In this document: positions 52,001 to 63,033 of the stretch, piece after piece
Layout: each line of letters starts with the position of its first letter
How positions within the stretch are numbered: position 1 is the first letter of the stretch
NCBI GenBank assembly: GCA_000004985.1
Contig: GG738859.1
Length of the DNA: 64,000 bases
Reading direction: 5' to 3' (one strand)
Origin: Naegleria gruberi
Taxonomy: Eukaryota
Program-made: the position numbers and the translations under genes
The notes under the pieces: model-generated
What the model was told of the DNA's origin: nothing
The model's input: only the letters and a program-made list of their open reading frames with translations
The model's database searches: none

Positions 52001-52179
52001 GGGTGAATCAGACCATTCAAATCAATATAGAAATTATCTACACGTTGTTTTAATATATCCTGTACCAGTATTGATTGCTTATTAATTGGATAGACAATTT
52101 TATCATCAGCAGCATCCTTCTTGTCATTGGTGTCGATAACATTAGTTACCAACCAATAAATAAATCCCGGTACACCCAT
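49036..52179 (-). CDS. XRN-family 5'-3' exoribonuclease (XRN2/Rat1-sized, 1047 aa) with a Lys/Glu/Ala/Ser/Thr-rich C-terminal tail
   Basis: MGVPGFIYWL.. FYIDLNGLIHPC. IAVDGVAPAAKQEQQRHRRF. SDSSVPGEGEHKILSYM. HGLDADLIMLTSL. The conserved XRN core is present throughout. The last 200 residues or so are a low-complexity basic/acidic tail that opens spurious ORFs in other frames (49055..49654 +, 49095..49550 -). ATG at 52179. Confidence 0.75.
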   Translation of the reverse strand: MGVPGFIYWLVTNVIDTNDKKDAADDKIVYPINKQSILVQDILKQRVDNFYIDLNGLIHPCCHPQTGKKPENEDDMMKRITAELLQLARTVQPNNLFYIAVDGVAPAAKQEQQRHRRFVAISENEQKLKFIGRIQSEITKEKDELTKEIKESEVDKIQQREKLLDSAIARMEAKKNHWDHNVISPGTPFMMKCMSTVHQAAKLIATEFPHIKVIVSDSSVPGEGEHKILSYMKREKAINSKEFSEMLHVVHGLDADLIMLTSLIGLPKIFSYRDSENVRMNKRDKELFNISELGRHFARVIYSSIAELDTSSKSQNIDWSNANFVSDVVLLLMFVGNDFLPNVPSLVMHNHAASIIMYSYAKYLLQCMEESGLGDNFDPRPHYLVDYTNSSMINIKNMIKAMQSIREESVIGMFAKLYHSTIRHYQRQEDIYQQPSFIEDMKGCYSGSNLKLHKFDKMMKTISKNNASHKPFEVVFKILREYFKNHKKKNLRSLKEPEQLIKACFYNPAEVIHEINTSIILKYTDEIHQEYYHKKFGDSSLLFRKTLVKEYLRGIVWAFNYYSYNDPPSWYWRYPEHYAPVMCDILDCYDEINDEYIKDITTFEKGEPLTAYQQLISILPKESMEACLPKTYTDILNNPKLDKFFPKEFEKDGNFSGIVYKAVSLLPSIDLDLVKNITKEIDPLLSEEESRKNKFGIDVIYTAVDSEVNKKLSTLEDKVEKEEKFKGDDTLLSGVFSKIDTNEMVFGSEVVASELKASVAAYKFSTPTVPIQDAYKFVTTNSIPKAKLVSTLTRQLGTFKQVGGFVSMSEDQDLSNLSNNFRIKFPRKTTQGSKRAPNRNEDYKSNRPSKASKRDNSQKTPHQKKESTTEESNEMQDEEKSISTERKPIRARVARNKRAEIAEAKAKVTAEKKRTSEDSNEGPAKKKKKKNKSTKQEAKVETKTEEKKEASSSTEASSSAATETTATSESTATTTAAAASAESKTKKKRKRQKKNKGGKPATTGASSSTTTESTPAPEAAVDASKNKLKESTNAKFKALLSKFTVKK

Positions 52180-52789
52180 TTTACTACTATAATAATACTC
52201 GAGTATAAAGTTGTTGTTTTTGAAATGTTGTTGTTAGTAAAAATTGTCAAATAGGCCTATTTGATTCTCCCTTTTAAATAGAAATTAAAAGGGTCGATGA
52301 GAAATTCGGGTTTTGCCAATTTTTTTTTAAAGATTCAACAATTATTGCGAGTTGTTTTATTTTCAAGAAGGGAATTGATGATATCTTTTGTTGATGCTGT
52401 GTTGTGTTGTGAAGGTAAATCCAGATGTTGAAAGTATTTGCTGAACCTGAATAAAAAATGCTTGATATTAATAGAGGAAGAAATTATTAAATATTATTAA
52501 TATTGGTTTGGATGTTGATTTGGATGATTGGAAAATAATATATTCAGAATGGTTTAATAATGACCACCAATACTATATAATTCAACAATGTGAAATAGTA
52601 ATCATCTTATTGCAGCAACACAATTGTTCGCATTCTTCTACATACACAAATATATTTCAACCCTTACAAAAATTCCATCCAATCATCCTCTTCTCCAAAC
52701 AATGACTGAATATGCGAGCCCCTTCCAATCCCCACAAGAACAAACTTCGATTAATTATTTAAAAAAAACTCTTTCTTGATCGAATTGAA

Positions 52790-53773
52790 ATGCCACCCTC
52801 TTCAAACAACAACAAGAGCAAGCCATCTTCTTCGGAAAGACAAGAGGAAGAAGAGGATAATCACAACAATAACATGTTTTGGCAGGAGACGAAGGAGCAA
52901 ACAGTCACCTCCAGTGAAACCTTCTCTACAGTACAAGATGGAATTAAAAAGCAAAGCAAGACAAAAAAGAAGAAGACCAACAAGAACAGTTTCTCTCATG
53001 CACTTATAACCCAACAAGACTTGGATCTGCTTGCAACTGGATTTAATATCCAAACAACAACAACAACTGATACATCATCATCTTCATCAACCATTCCATC
53101 ATTGCCTCCTCCATCAGAGGCCAATATGATAGAACAAATGGTGGAACCACCAATTGATAATATTCAAACACTCCCTTCAATTCCTGAAGAGGTTTCCATT
53201 GATTCAGATGTAGAAATGGACCTATTTGAAAATCAACAAGCTTCTGAAGAAATTCAAGAAGACATAATTATTGGATTGCTCTCTTTTGAAAATCCAAACA
53301 TTGATATACTCAATACTAACTCTGGTAAAATTCCAAACCTAACTCTTGGCGATGGAAATCTTTTCAATTACTTGGGACACTTCACTAACTATGGAATTGA
53401 ACCTGAATTCCATTCTCAAACACATGAAGTAATGAATGATTTAACAGATGTTGAGGAATTACCAGCCCTCCCTTACGCTCTGTCTTGTTATGATGAAGAA
53501 ACTTGCTTAGAGAAACCAATTGAAGAGAACAAGGAGTCTGCAAATCTAATTGATGTTATTTGTGTACCTAAATCTATACTGGATTTAGTTGCAGAGATTA
53601 TAATTAAAACCTCCTCACCAGCATTCACCCTCCCAATTGAAAGTGAAATTATCAGAGAAAAGGAAGATAGTGATGATGAAGATGAAGATGATTCCCATCC
53701 TTCTAGATCTTTTTCACTTTTCAATCCATACTACAAGGATCATGATGATTATGACTATTTCAGACAAAATTAA
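52790..53773 (+). CDS. Hypothetical acidic, Ser/Asn-rich protein
   Basis: ATG at 52790. 327-aa open frame. N-terminal N/S/E/K low complexity and a C-terminal acidic stretch (SDDEDEDDS). No domain recognised. Confidence 0.4.
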   Translation: MPPSSNNNKSKPSSSERQEEEEDNHNNNMFWQETKEQTVTSSETFSTVQDGIKKQSKTKKKKTNKNSFSHALITQQDLDLLATGFNIQTTTTTDTSSSSSTIPSLPPPSEANMIEQMVEPPIDNIQTLPSIPEEVSIDSDVEMDLFENQQASEEIQEDIIIGLLSFENPNIDILNTNSGKIPNLTLGDGNLFNYLGHFTNYGIEPEFHSQTHEVMNDLTDVEELPALPYALSCYDEETCLEKPIEENKESANLIDVICVPKSILDLVAEIIIKTSSPAFTLPIESEIIREKEDSDDEDEDDSHPSRSFSLFNPYYKDHDDYDYFRQN

Positions 53774-54134
53774 GTTTTTGAGTTTGAAATAACTTGATCA
53801 TTGCTGAACTCTGTAAATACTGATTATTGTAACATTATAAAAACCTCAAAGGTTAATTTTAGCTTTTTTGTTGCACTTTTTCTCTCTAATGATGATCAAG
53901 CTTGATCTGGGAAAGTTGTTGAGGCAATTTTTTTTAAATTGTGTTCTTCCAGTAACAAGACGAGTTTTTTTGTTTCTACTTTCTTGTGGAATTCATTGGG
54001 TCAATTTTTTGTTTTACAAGACATGAACTAATTTGACAATAGAATCAACACAGGGATTTGATTATTCGAATAATGACTTAACAAACCTAAGCATCTTGGA
54101 TTAATTTATTATTAATTTTAATAATACAAAAAAA

Positions 54135-54860
54135 ATGAAGAGAAGAGAGGGAGCAACTTCATCATCTGATGACGACGATGAGTTACCAGATTATTCCCAG
54201 TGGTCATTTGAAAGACCATCGGGTAAGTTGGATGAAGAAATTGGTAGAGTTTTGAATGGAGAGCAGGCAAGTACGGAAGATGAAGATGATGATTTGCCAG
54301 ATTATTCAAATTGGAAATCAACAACATTGGAATCATCAAACAATAATAATAGGAAACAAACAACCTACAAGGAATTATCACCACAAATTATTGACGAAGA
54401 AGATAATATTGTCAAAAAATCATTTCCTATTGATGAAAAGGAAGAAGAATTACCACAAAAACTTCAACAATCACTTTCTAAAATTAAAAAGACAATGAAT
54501 GAGGAAGATGAATTTTCTTTCATTCCAAAACAAAAGAAAAAATCAAGTGGTGATTCAACAAGCAAGAAGAATTCTTTAAAGGATGTGAAAAAGAACAAAT
54601 TTGATTTTTCTGACATTTTGTTTGATTTGGATAGTGAGGAAGAATCTTCAGATGAGGAACCTCTCTCTTATGATGAATGGAAGCAAAAACAAGAGATGAA
54701 ATTGAAAAACAAGAGTCCACTAGACATGCTTGAATCTCTGAAAAAAATGTCTGATACCATCTCACCAATTGATAAACCCCTCAATCCTCAAATGACAGAT
54801 ATGGAACATAAATTAATGTTGGAATGGATGTTCCCTTTGTGTAAATTCAAGCAAAAATAA
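54135..54860 (+). CDS. Hypothetical acidic protein with a duplicated DDD(D)(E)LPDYSxW motif
   Basis: ATG at 54135 (aaaaaaATGaag). Two copies of SSDDDDELPDYSQWS / EDEDDDLPDYSNWKS. Lys/Glu/Ser-rich. The stop at 54858-54860 lies 1 nt from the stop of the convergent Furry gene. Confidence 0.4.
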   Translation: MKRREGATSSSDDDDELPDYSQWSFERPSGKLDEEIGRVLNGEQASTEDEDDDLPDYSNWKSTTLESSNNNNRKQTTYKELSPQIIDEEDNIVKKSFPIDEKEEELPQKLQQSLSKIKKTMNEEDEFSFIPKQKKKSSGDSTSKKNSLKDVKKNKFDFSDILFDLDSEEESSDEEPLSYDEWKQKQEMKLKNKSPLDMLESLKKMSDTISPIDKPLNPQMTDMEHKLMLEWMFPLCKFKQK

Positions 54861-54861
54861 T

Positions 54862-57800
54862 TTATTGGAACTTTCTAAAAAGAGATCCAGAACCAGTTGA
54901 TATGGAAGTTGTTCGTCTTCTTGCGGAACCAATTTTGAGTTGTGGAGAAGATGGGTTCTTTTCATAAGGAATGGAAGCAACAGCATACGGAGATACTGGA
55001 GGTTTAGTATCTGCAGTAACCAATTGAAGAGTTTGTAATAAAAGTTCATCCAATCTTTTGCCTTCCTCTTCTTCACTTGTGGTTTCCAAATCGAAAGTCA
55101 TCTTGTATTTACTTGCAGTGGAGAGTAGGTCACTATCAGTTGCTTGATCATCATATTCTGTAGATGCTTCCATACTGTCTTCCGTGATTGTTTCATCGTC
55201 TGACATGTCAAAATCGAGATGATCATCTTGGCCTGTAGGAATTGGTATTTCTGGATAGGAAATCTTGATTGTTGTAGGAGAAGATGGTTCAGGAGTTGTG
55301 TGAATAGCTTCTACCAGTTCAAGCAAGTTAATTTCCTCTTCATGAACTGATTGTACACTGTACTTGTAAATACTTTGAATAACATCAATGCATTGCTTAA
55401 TACCATTACCTGCTTGATATCCAAAGACATGACCTGGCTTGACAACTCCAGTCTTGTGTTGTAAACTATCTGTTACGCTCTTTTGGTAGTGCATGATTTG
55501 AATGGTTTCCTTTGTCTTTTCTCCACTGTTTTTGACAGTAACGTCAAGAACTCGTGTTGCTTCATACCACAATGGACCTTTAAGCATTTCAATAATAGTT
55601 GCAATAAAACCTGCCTTCTTTCCAATATTGGATTTGGACACATTAGCATGCAGTAAGAAGGAATGAAGTATTGACAAGATTGACTTTTGATAGAATTTTG
55701 GACCAAACTGAAGCATTTCAATGAAAAAGTCAAATACCTCCTTCTCAAACTTTGGGAAGAATGCTTCACAAAATGGTCTTCTCAGATCCAATAGGAATTT
55801 TTCAGAAGTAGTATAATAACCTTTAGAGTATCTAGAAAATACCTTTGCAATTCGTTGGAGGGAAGCATTTTCACAAACTTCAACAATAGCTGATGCAATG
55901 GACCAACATTTGAATCTGTTCATATCATCAATGTGAGAGCACAGACGTGGAAGTAAGCCAATCATATTCTTCATGATAAATCTAGAATAAGGACCAACAT
56001 CTCCCATTAAATCACAATCAATCTTGAAGAAAATGGAAGTCAATTCAATAGTAAGTGGTTCAGAGAATGGACTCAATAATCCTTTCAAAATTAAATCTTG
56101 AATATCACTTGAAGCAGAAAGAGCATCTGGTCTACTGGCAATTATAACGTTTCTAATGGCATCATTGCTAATATCTACTCTTCTCAATACTTCAGTAAAC
56201 AATCTTAGAGCATAAACATAGATATGAGTCACGTCACTGTGCAATAAAGCAGTTGACAACCAAAATATTTGTGGGAAAAGTACTAATCTATTTCTATCCA
56301 TATTCTTTACAATTACTCTCAAAGTTTCAATAATTTCAACAACAATGGCAATCTTTGTAGTCTCAACAGAACTTTGTTGTGTAGCAACCTTAGCCAACTC
56401 TACAGTAAGGTTTCTCATATCGAACGAGTCACCTGAGTGCAATTCCTCCAAGTACTTCTTAAGGTCTTGAATAATATTGACAAAATCATTGGTTCTCAAC
56501 TCTGGTCTGAGTGTTCTATAGATTTGATATGATCTTACCACATTGTGAATTGAACTACTTCTAGTTGCCCATACAAGGGACTGGTATCCCCAATCACTCT
56601 TGATTTCATGTTCATTCTTCAAAATAAATACCACTCTCTCAACAAGAGAGGTGAGTTGTTTAACATTATCACTAACTGGGTTAATACTTGGCTTATCGTC
56701 AACTGCCTTTTCTGGAGAGAAGACCTCAACCTCATCCTCGAAATTAGAGAAGAATATATTGGTGGTATTATTCGCAATTTGATTGAGATTGGTCTCATCT
56801 ATTGTTATATTGTCTCTAGTCCACAAATATTCATCAGTTTTACAATCCAAAAGGAAGTGGATGAGATTTTTGGCTTCCAAGAGATGTTCATTTTGTTCCA
56901 AGGTTCCTCCATTGTGTGGTAATTGTTTTACAACTAGACTGTGAATCAAATGAACCAATAATAATTTGGAATTATAAGAAACAAGCTTGATCTTATGGTC
57001 CATTCTAATGAACATGTATTGTAAAAGGAGAGGCAAATGTTGTCTGAATACATATGCATGATCATAGGCCACCTCACTCAATAAAATTAACACAATATCT
57101 GATCTAACGAGTGGAGGAATTGCGTTTCGGTTAGAACTTTGTCTCTGTGTTAAAACAGCAAAACTCTCAATATTTGGTGAGATTTCACGATAATGTTTGG
57201 AAAGTGGTATATCATCTCTAGATTTCTCAATATACTCGATAACAAGAGAATCCACAACTTGTTGAGGTCCAGCACAGGCACAAAAATAGGTAATTTTTTG
57301 TGAGATGGCAAACAGAATCTTACAATTGGTTGCATCAATGGAGAATAAGGTACCTCTCTCGGTGAGGTAAATCATTACCTTTCTAATATTTGAAGAGTCA
57401 CCAGACAGTCTTACCCACATTGCTTTACATTCTTCAGGGAATTGTTGAGCGTAAGTCTTGGTAATGTCAAATAAGATGTCCAATATTCTACGACTCTCAG
57501 TCATCTTGGAGTATTTAGAATCGTCTGGAGTGGTTGCTCCTCTGAAGGAATTCAAAATTTGAGATTCGTCAAGGTTCAAGAAAGGAATCCATTCTATAAG
57601 AGATTTCAAAAGAGCTCTTTGATCAGTTGGTAATAAGAAAGCCAATCTTGAATAAACCTCTTCGAGTACTCCATAGGCGTATTGTGGATGATCTAAAGCT
57701 AACTTGGCTGCTAAACAAACTTGATTATTAAAGTATTGATCCTCAAGTCCGTTAGAGATGTAGTATGGATAGTTTCCACTTTCAGAGTCAGCAGCAAAGA

Positions 57801-60800
57801 ATCTTTGACTAACAAAGTTAAGCAATCTGTAGGAAATGTTTCTGTTAGAAAGTCTTTCAGACACAGACTTGAAAACAATCAACGTTAAAATGACAGGGAT
57901 TGAGCAGAGCATTTCACATCTTTCAAACACATTACAAATAGCAACGAAATATCCTTTCGAAAGTCTCTTACTGCAATTGTAGCATTGATCAATGCAAATA
58001 TCTAACAAGTTGGGATTTGATAACAGTGCATTCTCGATAGCTTCAATACCAATTCTTCTGTAGACAAGAGATCTGGAGCAGAGAATTTCATCAATCCACT
58101 TCAAGATGGTAATACCAAGTGATTCAATTTCAGTATTTTCTGGAGGTAGTGTTGTTGTTGGTGGTGGGTTATTAGTTCTCAAAACAGAATCTAAAATAGA
58201 CAAGGAGGATCTGAGAGAACTTCTTCCTTCCCTTATAACAACAGTGCTAGTATCGTCATCTGCAGTATCTTCATCCTCAGCATTTTCATCATTAATCTTT
58301 GGATTTCTCTTGTTTTCCATTCTAGTTGAGGCGCTCCACTGTCTTAAAAGTTCCATATTACTCTCAAAGAATTCTCCCAATAACAAACCAGCAACAGCAC
58401 CACATGATCTATACTTCATTCTTGTAGTCTTCTTCTTGAAGATGCTTCCCATGTTTCTCTTTTCCTCTGGATCTTTGAGCTTTTCTATTGTTTGAGAAAG
58501 ACTTGCCAATTCTTCTTCTTCTCTCTTGATACTAGATCTGCCATAACCTGTCCATTGAATGGCAAATAACATTAACTCCTTTCTCAAGTTCTTATCAAAG
58601 GTTCTATAGCCAGGTTTTGGCGCATAATAGTACAATTTTCTAGAAATGTTATCTATAACAATAAAGAGATGATGCCTCAATGACTGTAAATCAATATTGT
58701 ACATATTTCCTGGCTGTTTGCTGTACTGAATTTGTTCTTCAATAAATTGGAGGAACTTTTCCTTGATAAATTCATTTTCTTTGAGTGTAGTGTCTTTAAT
58801 ATTGCTTGATAAACGTGAGTAGACTCTTGATATTTGAACTCTGAGGGAGTCTTTCTTTTTCTTATTCTTCTTTTGCTTGTCCATAATGTAGGCCTCATTC
58901 TCCAAAACCTTGATACTATCCAGAAGAATTTCGAGTAAATCATCAGGAACGGCACCCAGAGCATTCACTGCAGCTGTTGATTGTTTTTCATAATTTGACT
59001 TGAGATGTGGATAAATCATCGCATATAAATCTTTTGCTGAAGAAATTCTTGGTGTTGTTCGTATGATAGTTGCCTTAGTGAGAGGCTCGTCTTCTTCCTT
59101 TTGTCTGAATAGATTCTTTCTGGCCATAGAGCAAGCCAAGTTTACAAAGTGACTCCACAATTCAACAATTCTCTGAATTTCACTTGTGACTGTCATTCTT
59201 GTATAGACACTATCAAGCAAGTTGTTCAATCTCAATATTCTCTTTGTGATTTGATTGAGAGCAATGTGGGAAGTTGGTTGGCAATAAATAGATAAATCTT
59301 TTCCTATTAAACGTAACATGTCAGTAAGGAAATCAGAGAAGGAAAGATTAGGGTCTGCTATGAATTTCTCAAAGCTTTCAGGAGGGCTTGTTTCCTCGCC
59401 TTTCCAAATATTTTGAATGTGTCTTAGACCAGATTCTTCAATAAGATCAGCAACTGTTGATGTGTCTGTGTATCTCTTTTTTTCGCTCTCAAGTATTTTC
59501 AAGGTAATTGTTCTCACAAGAGTAAATATTTTCAAGCTGGATACTCTAATATATGGATTCAAGTTACAGAGTAAAACAACACCAACAGCTTCTATTGGTG
59601 ATGGATCAAAGTAACTGGAAATAGGTTGATCTAGACCTTCTGACTTGAGTTTTCCAAAAACTGTTGGAAGTTTCATTCCAGATGGAGTGTCTGTTTCTGG
59701 ATTATTAAGGTTGGAAATCCACTTCTCCAACAAGAATAAAAACTTTTTCAAAACTGACTTGAGTAAATCAGATCTAAAATCATCAATAGCCATAATCATT
59801 TCTGCAAAGGAGTGTACAAGGACTGGTCTTAAATCAGTATGATAATCTAAAAGTTGTAACATGGTCTCCCAAGATACATCTCTAATGTCACCATATTGAT
59901 GGACAACAAATCTACACAACATATCACAAAGTTCCTTCTTGGTAAACTCACTTGGCAAAATACGAGGAATACATGAGATAGCAGTAACAGCAACTCTTAA
60001 ACTAGCATACTTGTCTTTGGATAAATTTTCGTGCAAAGGTTTAGTATGGTTGGATTGCAAAAAGTTTCCATAAACCTGCATACATTGTTTTAGGATTGCA
60101 CTCAACTTGGAAGAAATTTCCTCTTGATATTGATACAAACCTACAGCATCTAAAAGCTTGTCAGTCTTTGCCAAAAAGTTTGTTCCATAAAAAGAAGATG
60201 CCTTTGAAGCAAAACTAGCACTCAAAGTTCTATAGCTGGAGAAAGGAGAAGACATTCTCACTGATTGAGTAAAATCCTTCTCCAAATCATCAGCTTCTGT
60301 TTCATTGCTTGATCTACTTTGAGTTCTATCCAAAAGTTTGTGAACCCAAGGGAACTCTGATGTTTTTTCATCAGTTCCAAGAATGGAGGAAATTTTCTTC
60401 ATATCATTCACCTCAGCAATAGCTAAAAATGCTCGAAGTGCCAAGTAGACTGTTTCAGGAAGACAACTTGAACTACTGTCCAAATCTAAATTCTTAATGA
60501 CCATATTTTTCATTGCATAGTCCATTCTGTTGTTTGCTACCATTACAATTACATCAACTGTGGCATCATAAATGTTGTCCAAGGCTGGTATTGATGGTGG
60601 CACTTTCTTTCCACTCAATAATAAAGCAATTGTTTTTGATAATATCTCAATTACTGTCGATTGGTCAGACTCGTTAGCAATTTTCAAATAGTAACCAAGG
60701 GTATGAAGTAAGCAATCCAATCCCATTAATTTGGTTCCCTTATCCTTGCATAACCTGAAAATATCTGTTAAAAATTCTTTGAAGGGAGCAATAAATACTG

Positions 60801-62468
60801 CTTTTGGATTTAAACACAAAACAGCTGCTCTAAAAGGAAAAGCTGTGTTCAAGTAAGATGCCTTTCTACACATTTTCTTTGCTATTGAAAGCAGGTTTTT
60901 CAAACCAGCAAGCCAATCTCGATAATCAATACCATTCTTGTACTCAAATTCAGCAAGTGGAGAAAGCATGTTGGCAAGAGATTCTGCAAATGCTCTCTTG
61001 ATTTCTGACTTTTTGGCTTTCCCAAAAAAGTCTGTCATTTTCTTCATCAAATCTACACTCTCGTTAACTTCTGCTGGTTTAGATAATCTAATTTTTAAAT
61101 ATTTTAAAGATCTAATAAAACTAGCAGCTTCATACTTATATTCTAATCTAGCACTAGCTTGTTCCAAAAAATTATCAGAAATCTTTTGGAACCACTTCAC
61201 TGACATTAAACCAATAATCTCAGCAAAGAGGTCAAGAACCTTCTTCTTACTTTCCTGAAGTGATTCCAATCCTGTAGTAATATTTACATGAGCTTTCTTA
61301 AATCTATCCATACATAAAAATTCAACTTGTTCACAATTTTTGATAGAAAGTTCTGGTTGTCTGTAGGAACCTAATGTCAAAAGCACAGTCAAAGAAAGAA
61401 TATAGTCAGCTGCCAATTCTTTTCTTTCTGTGAAATTAGAATAGAGGATTTCTTGCTTGGTGAGTGCTGTTTTTTTAGGTACATTTATCAGCTTGTCTCT
61501 TATACGTTCCTTTACCATTTTGGTAGGTGTACAATCAAGGTGTACTCTCCAATCAATAAGTGCTTCTATCATTGAATTTAAATGATGTTTAGAAATAGCA
61601 GAGAATGCAGAAAGTAATTGTTCAAATGATTGACTTGAAAATGGTGAATATGATTCCGATTTTCTATTTGATGACTCGGTTGATGTCATTCTACTATCCA
61701 TAGAAATCATGGATGCTGATGAAAGAGGTGGTGAACTGAATATTTCAGATGATCTACTAGTATTTACAGTTACATCTCTTAGTATTATAGAACCCCTAGA
61801 AGATCCTTCAAATGTTGAAAGGTCATTATATTGCATATCAATCGCTGAAATCAATTCATTATATCCATTTGTAGAATGACTTGTGTTATTCCAATTTGTT
61901 GTAGCTCTTGGAGCTGCATGATTAAACATCCTAGAATCCACAATTAAAGTTACGTTATCATTCACCTTCTAAATAATAATAAATTAATACATTATTTTAC
62001 AAAAATTTAACATACATTTTCATAGGCAAATTCGTCTATAATTTTAGATGCTTGTTCCTTAAACTCTTGGAAAAATAATAACAAAACATATTCTGTTGTG
62101 TCCATGTTATTTGACAAGTTGAAAGGTTCTTCATTATTAATACTTTGACTAGTTTTGATATCCAATTTAGTAGAAGTGATTGGCATTGTTAAATTTTGTA
62201 AAACTGATGTGACGCCAATATTAGGTGTCACTGACATTGGGGTGGTAAAGTTATTTACGGGAGTTGAATTTACAGAATTTAGTCCTTTTTGATTTGTTGG
62301 TGTTATTGGAGTTACTTCAATAATTGGATTTGGTAAATCCAATGTACGTTGTTGGGGTGTTGTTGAAGGTTGGAAATCATTGATAGAATCAACACTTGAC
62401 ATTGATGAAGAGTCATCAGAACCCAAATCCATATGATTTGATTCTGTTGGTGATACTTGTCGATCCAT
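54862..62468 (-). CDS. Furry/Mor2/Tao3/SAX-2 homolog (cell-morphogenesis scaffold of the NDR-kinase pathway), about 2519 aa. Two exons: join(54862..61968,62016..62468).
   Basis: Exon 1 ends ..TTEYVLLLFFQEFKEQASKIIDEFAYEN, which matches human FRY ..[23 protein letters not shown]... Exon 2 has ..LIDWRVHL.. (FRY LFDWY), ..RKELAADYILSLTVLLTLGSYRQP.. (FRY [22 protein letters not shown]) and ..LFAEIIGLMSVKWF.. (FRY LYAEVIGVLAQAKF). The 47-nt intron (GTATGTTAAATTTTT...ATTATTATTTAG; forward 61969..62015) joins in phase 0. The ORF track had split the gene into a 153-aa ORF plus a 2367-aa ORF that starts at a GTG. Long helical-repeat protein throughout. Confidence 0.7.
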
Positions 62469-63033
62469 TATTGAAAACTACTTCGTCTATATAAATAAAT
62501 TAAAATTTAAACGTAAAATCTGATGTTGGTGGTAGTATTTGCCGTTGTTTAGTAATAGGAAATATATTAAAAACACAAATATTGTCCAACAATATACTAT
62601 TATTGCTGCTACAAAAACTATTACTATTGTATAAATTCCAAAAAACTCGATCGTGAATCCTCGCTATATTGTGTGATGAAGAGATGATGCAAGTATCACA
62701 CACTCTTGATACGACAAAACACTGAAACAAATGTGTGCCGATCTACTAGCTGGAGAGGTGATTTTTTTGATGTTTGTTATTGTTGTCTTGTCTTGGTTTG
62801 AAAAATTCGACTGTTGGTGTCTATTCGCATCTGCTATAATTCACTATTGGAGAGAATGGTGTAAGCTCTCTGAAGTAAATAAACGGTTCAATCAGTTAAA
62901 TCTGTTTTTCAATTCCTTGATGGTGTATCATAATCCAAACCTTGTTGTTGGGTTGGTGTGATTTGATGAAGGTGTAGAAAATTGTTATTGTTGTGAAGGA
63001 AAAATAAAAACACATTCAAAAAAAGGCTTAAAA

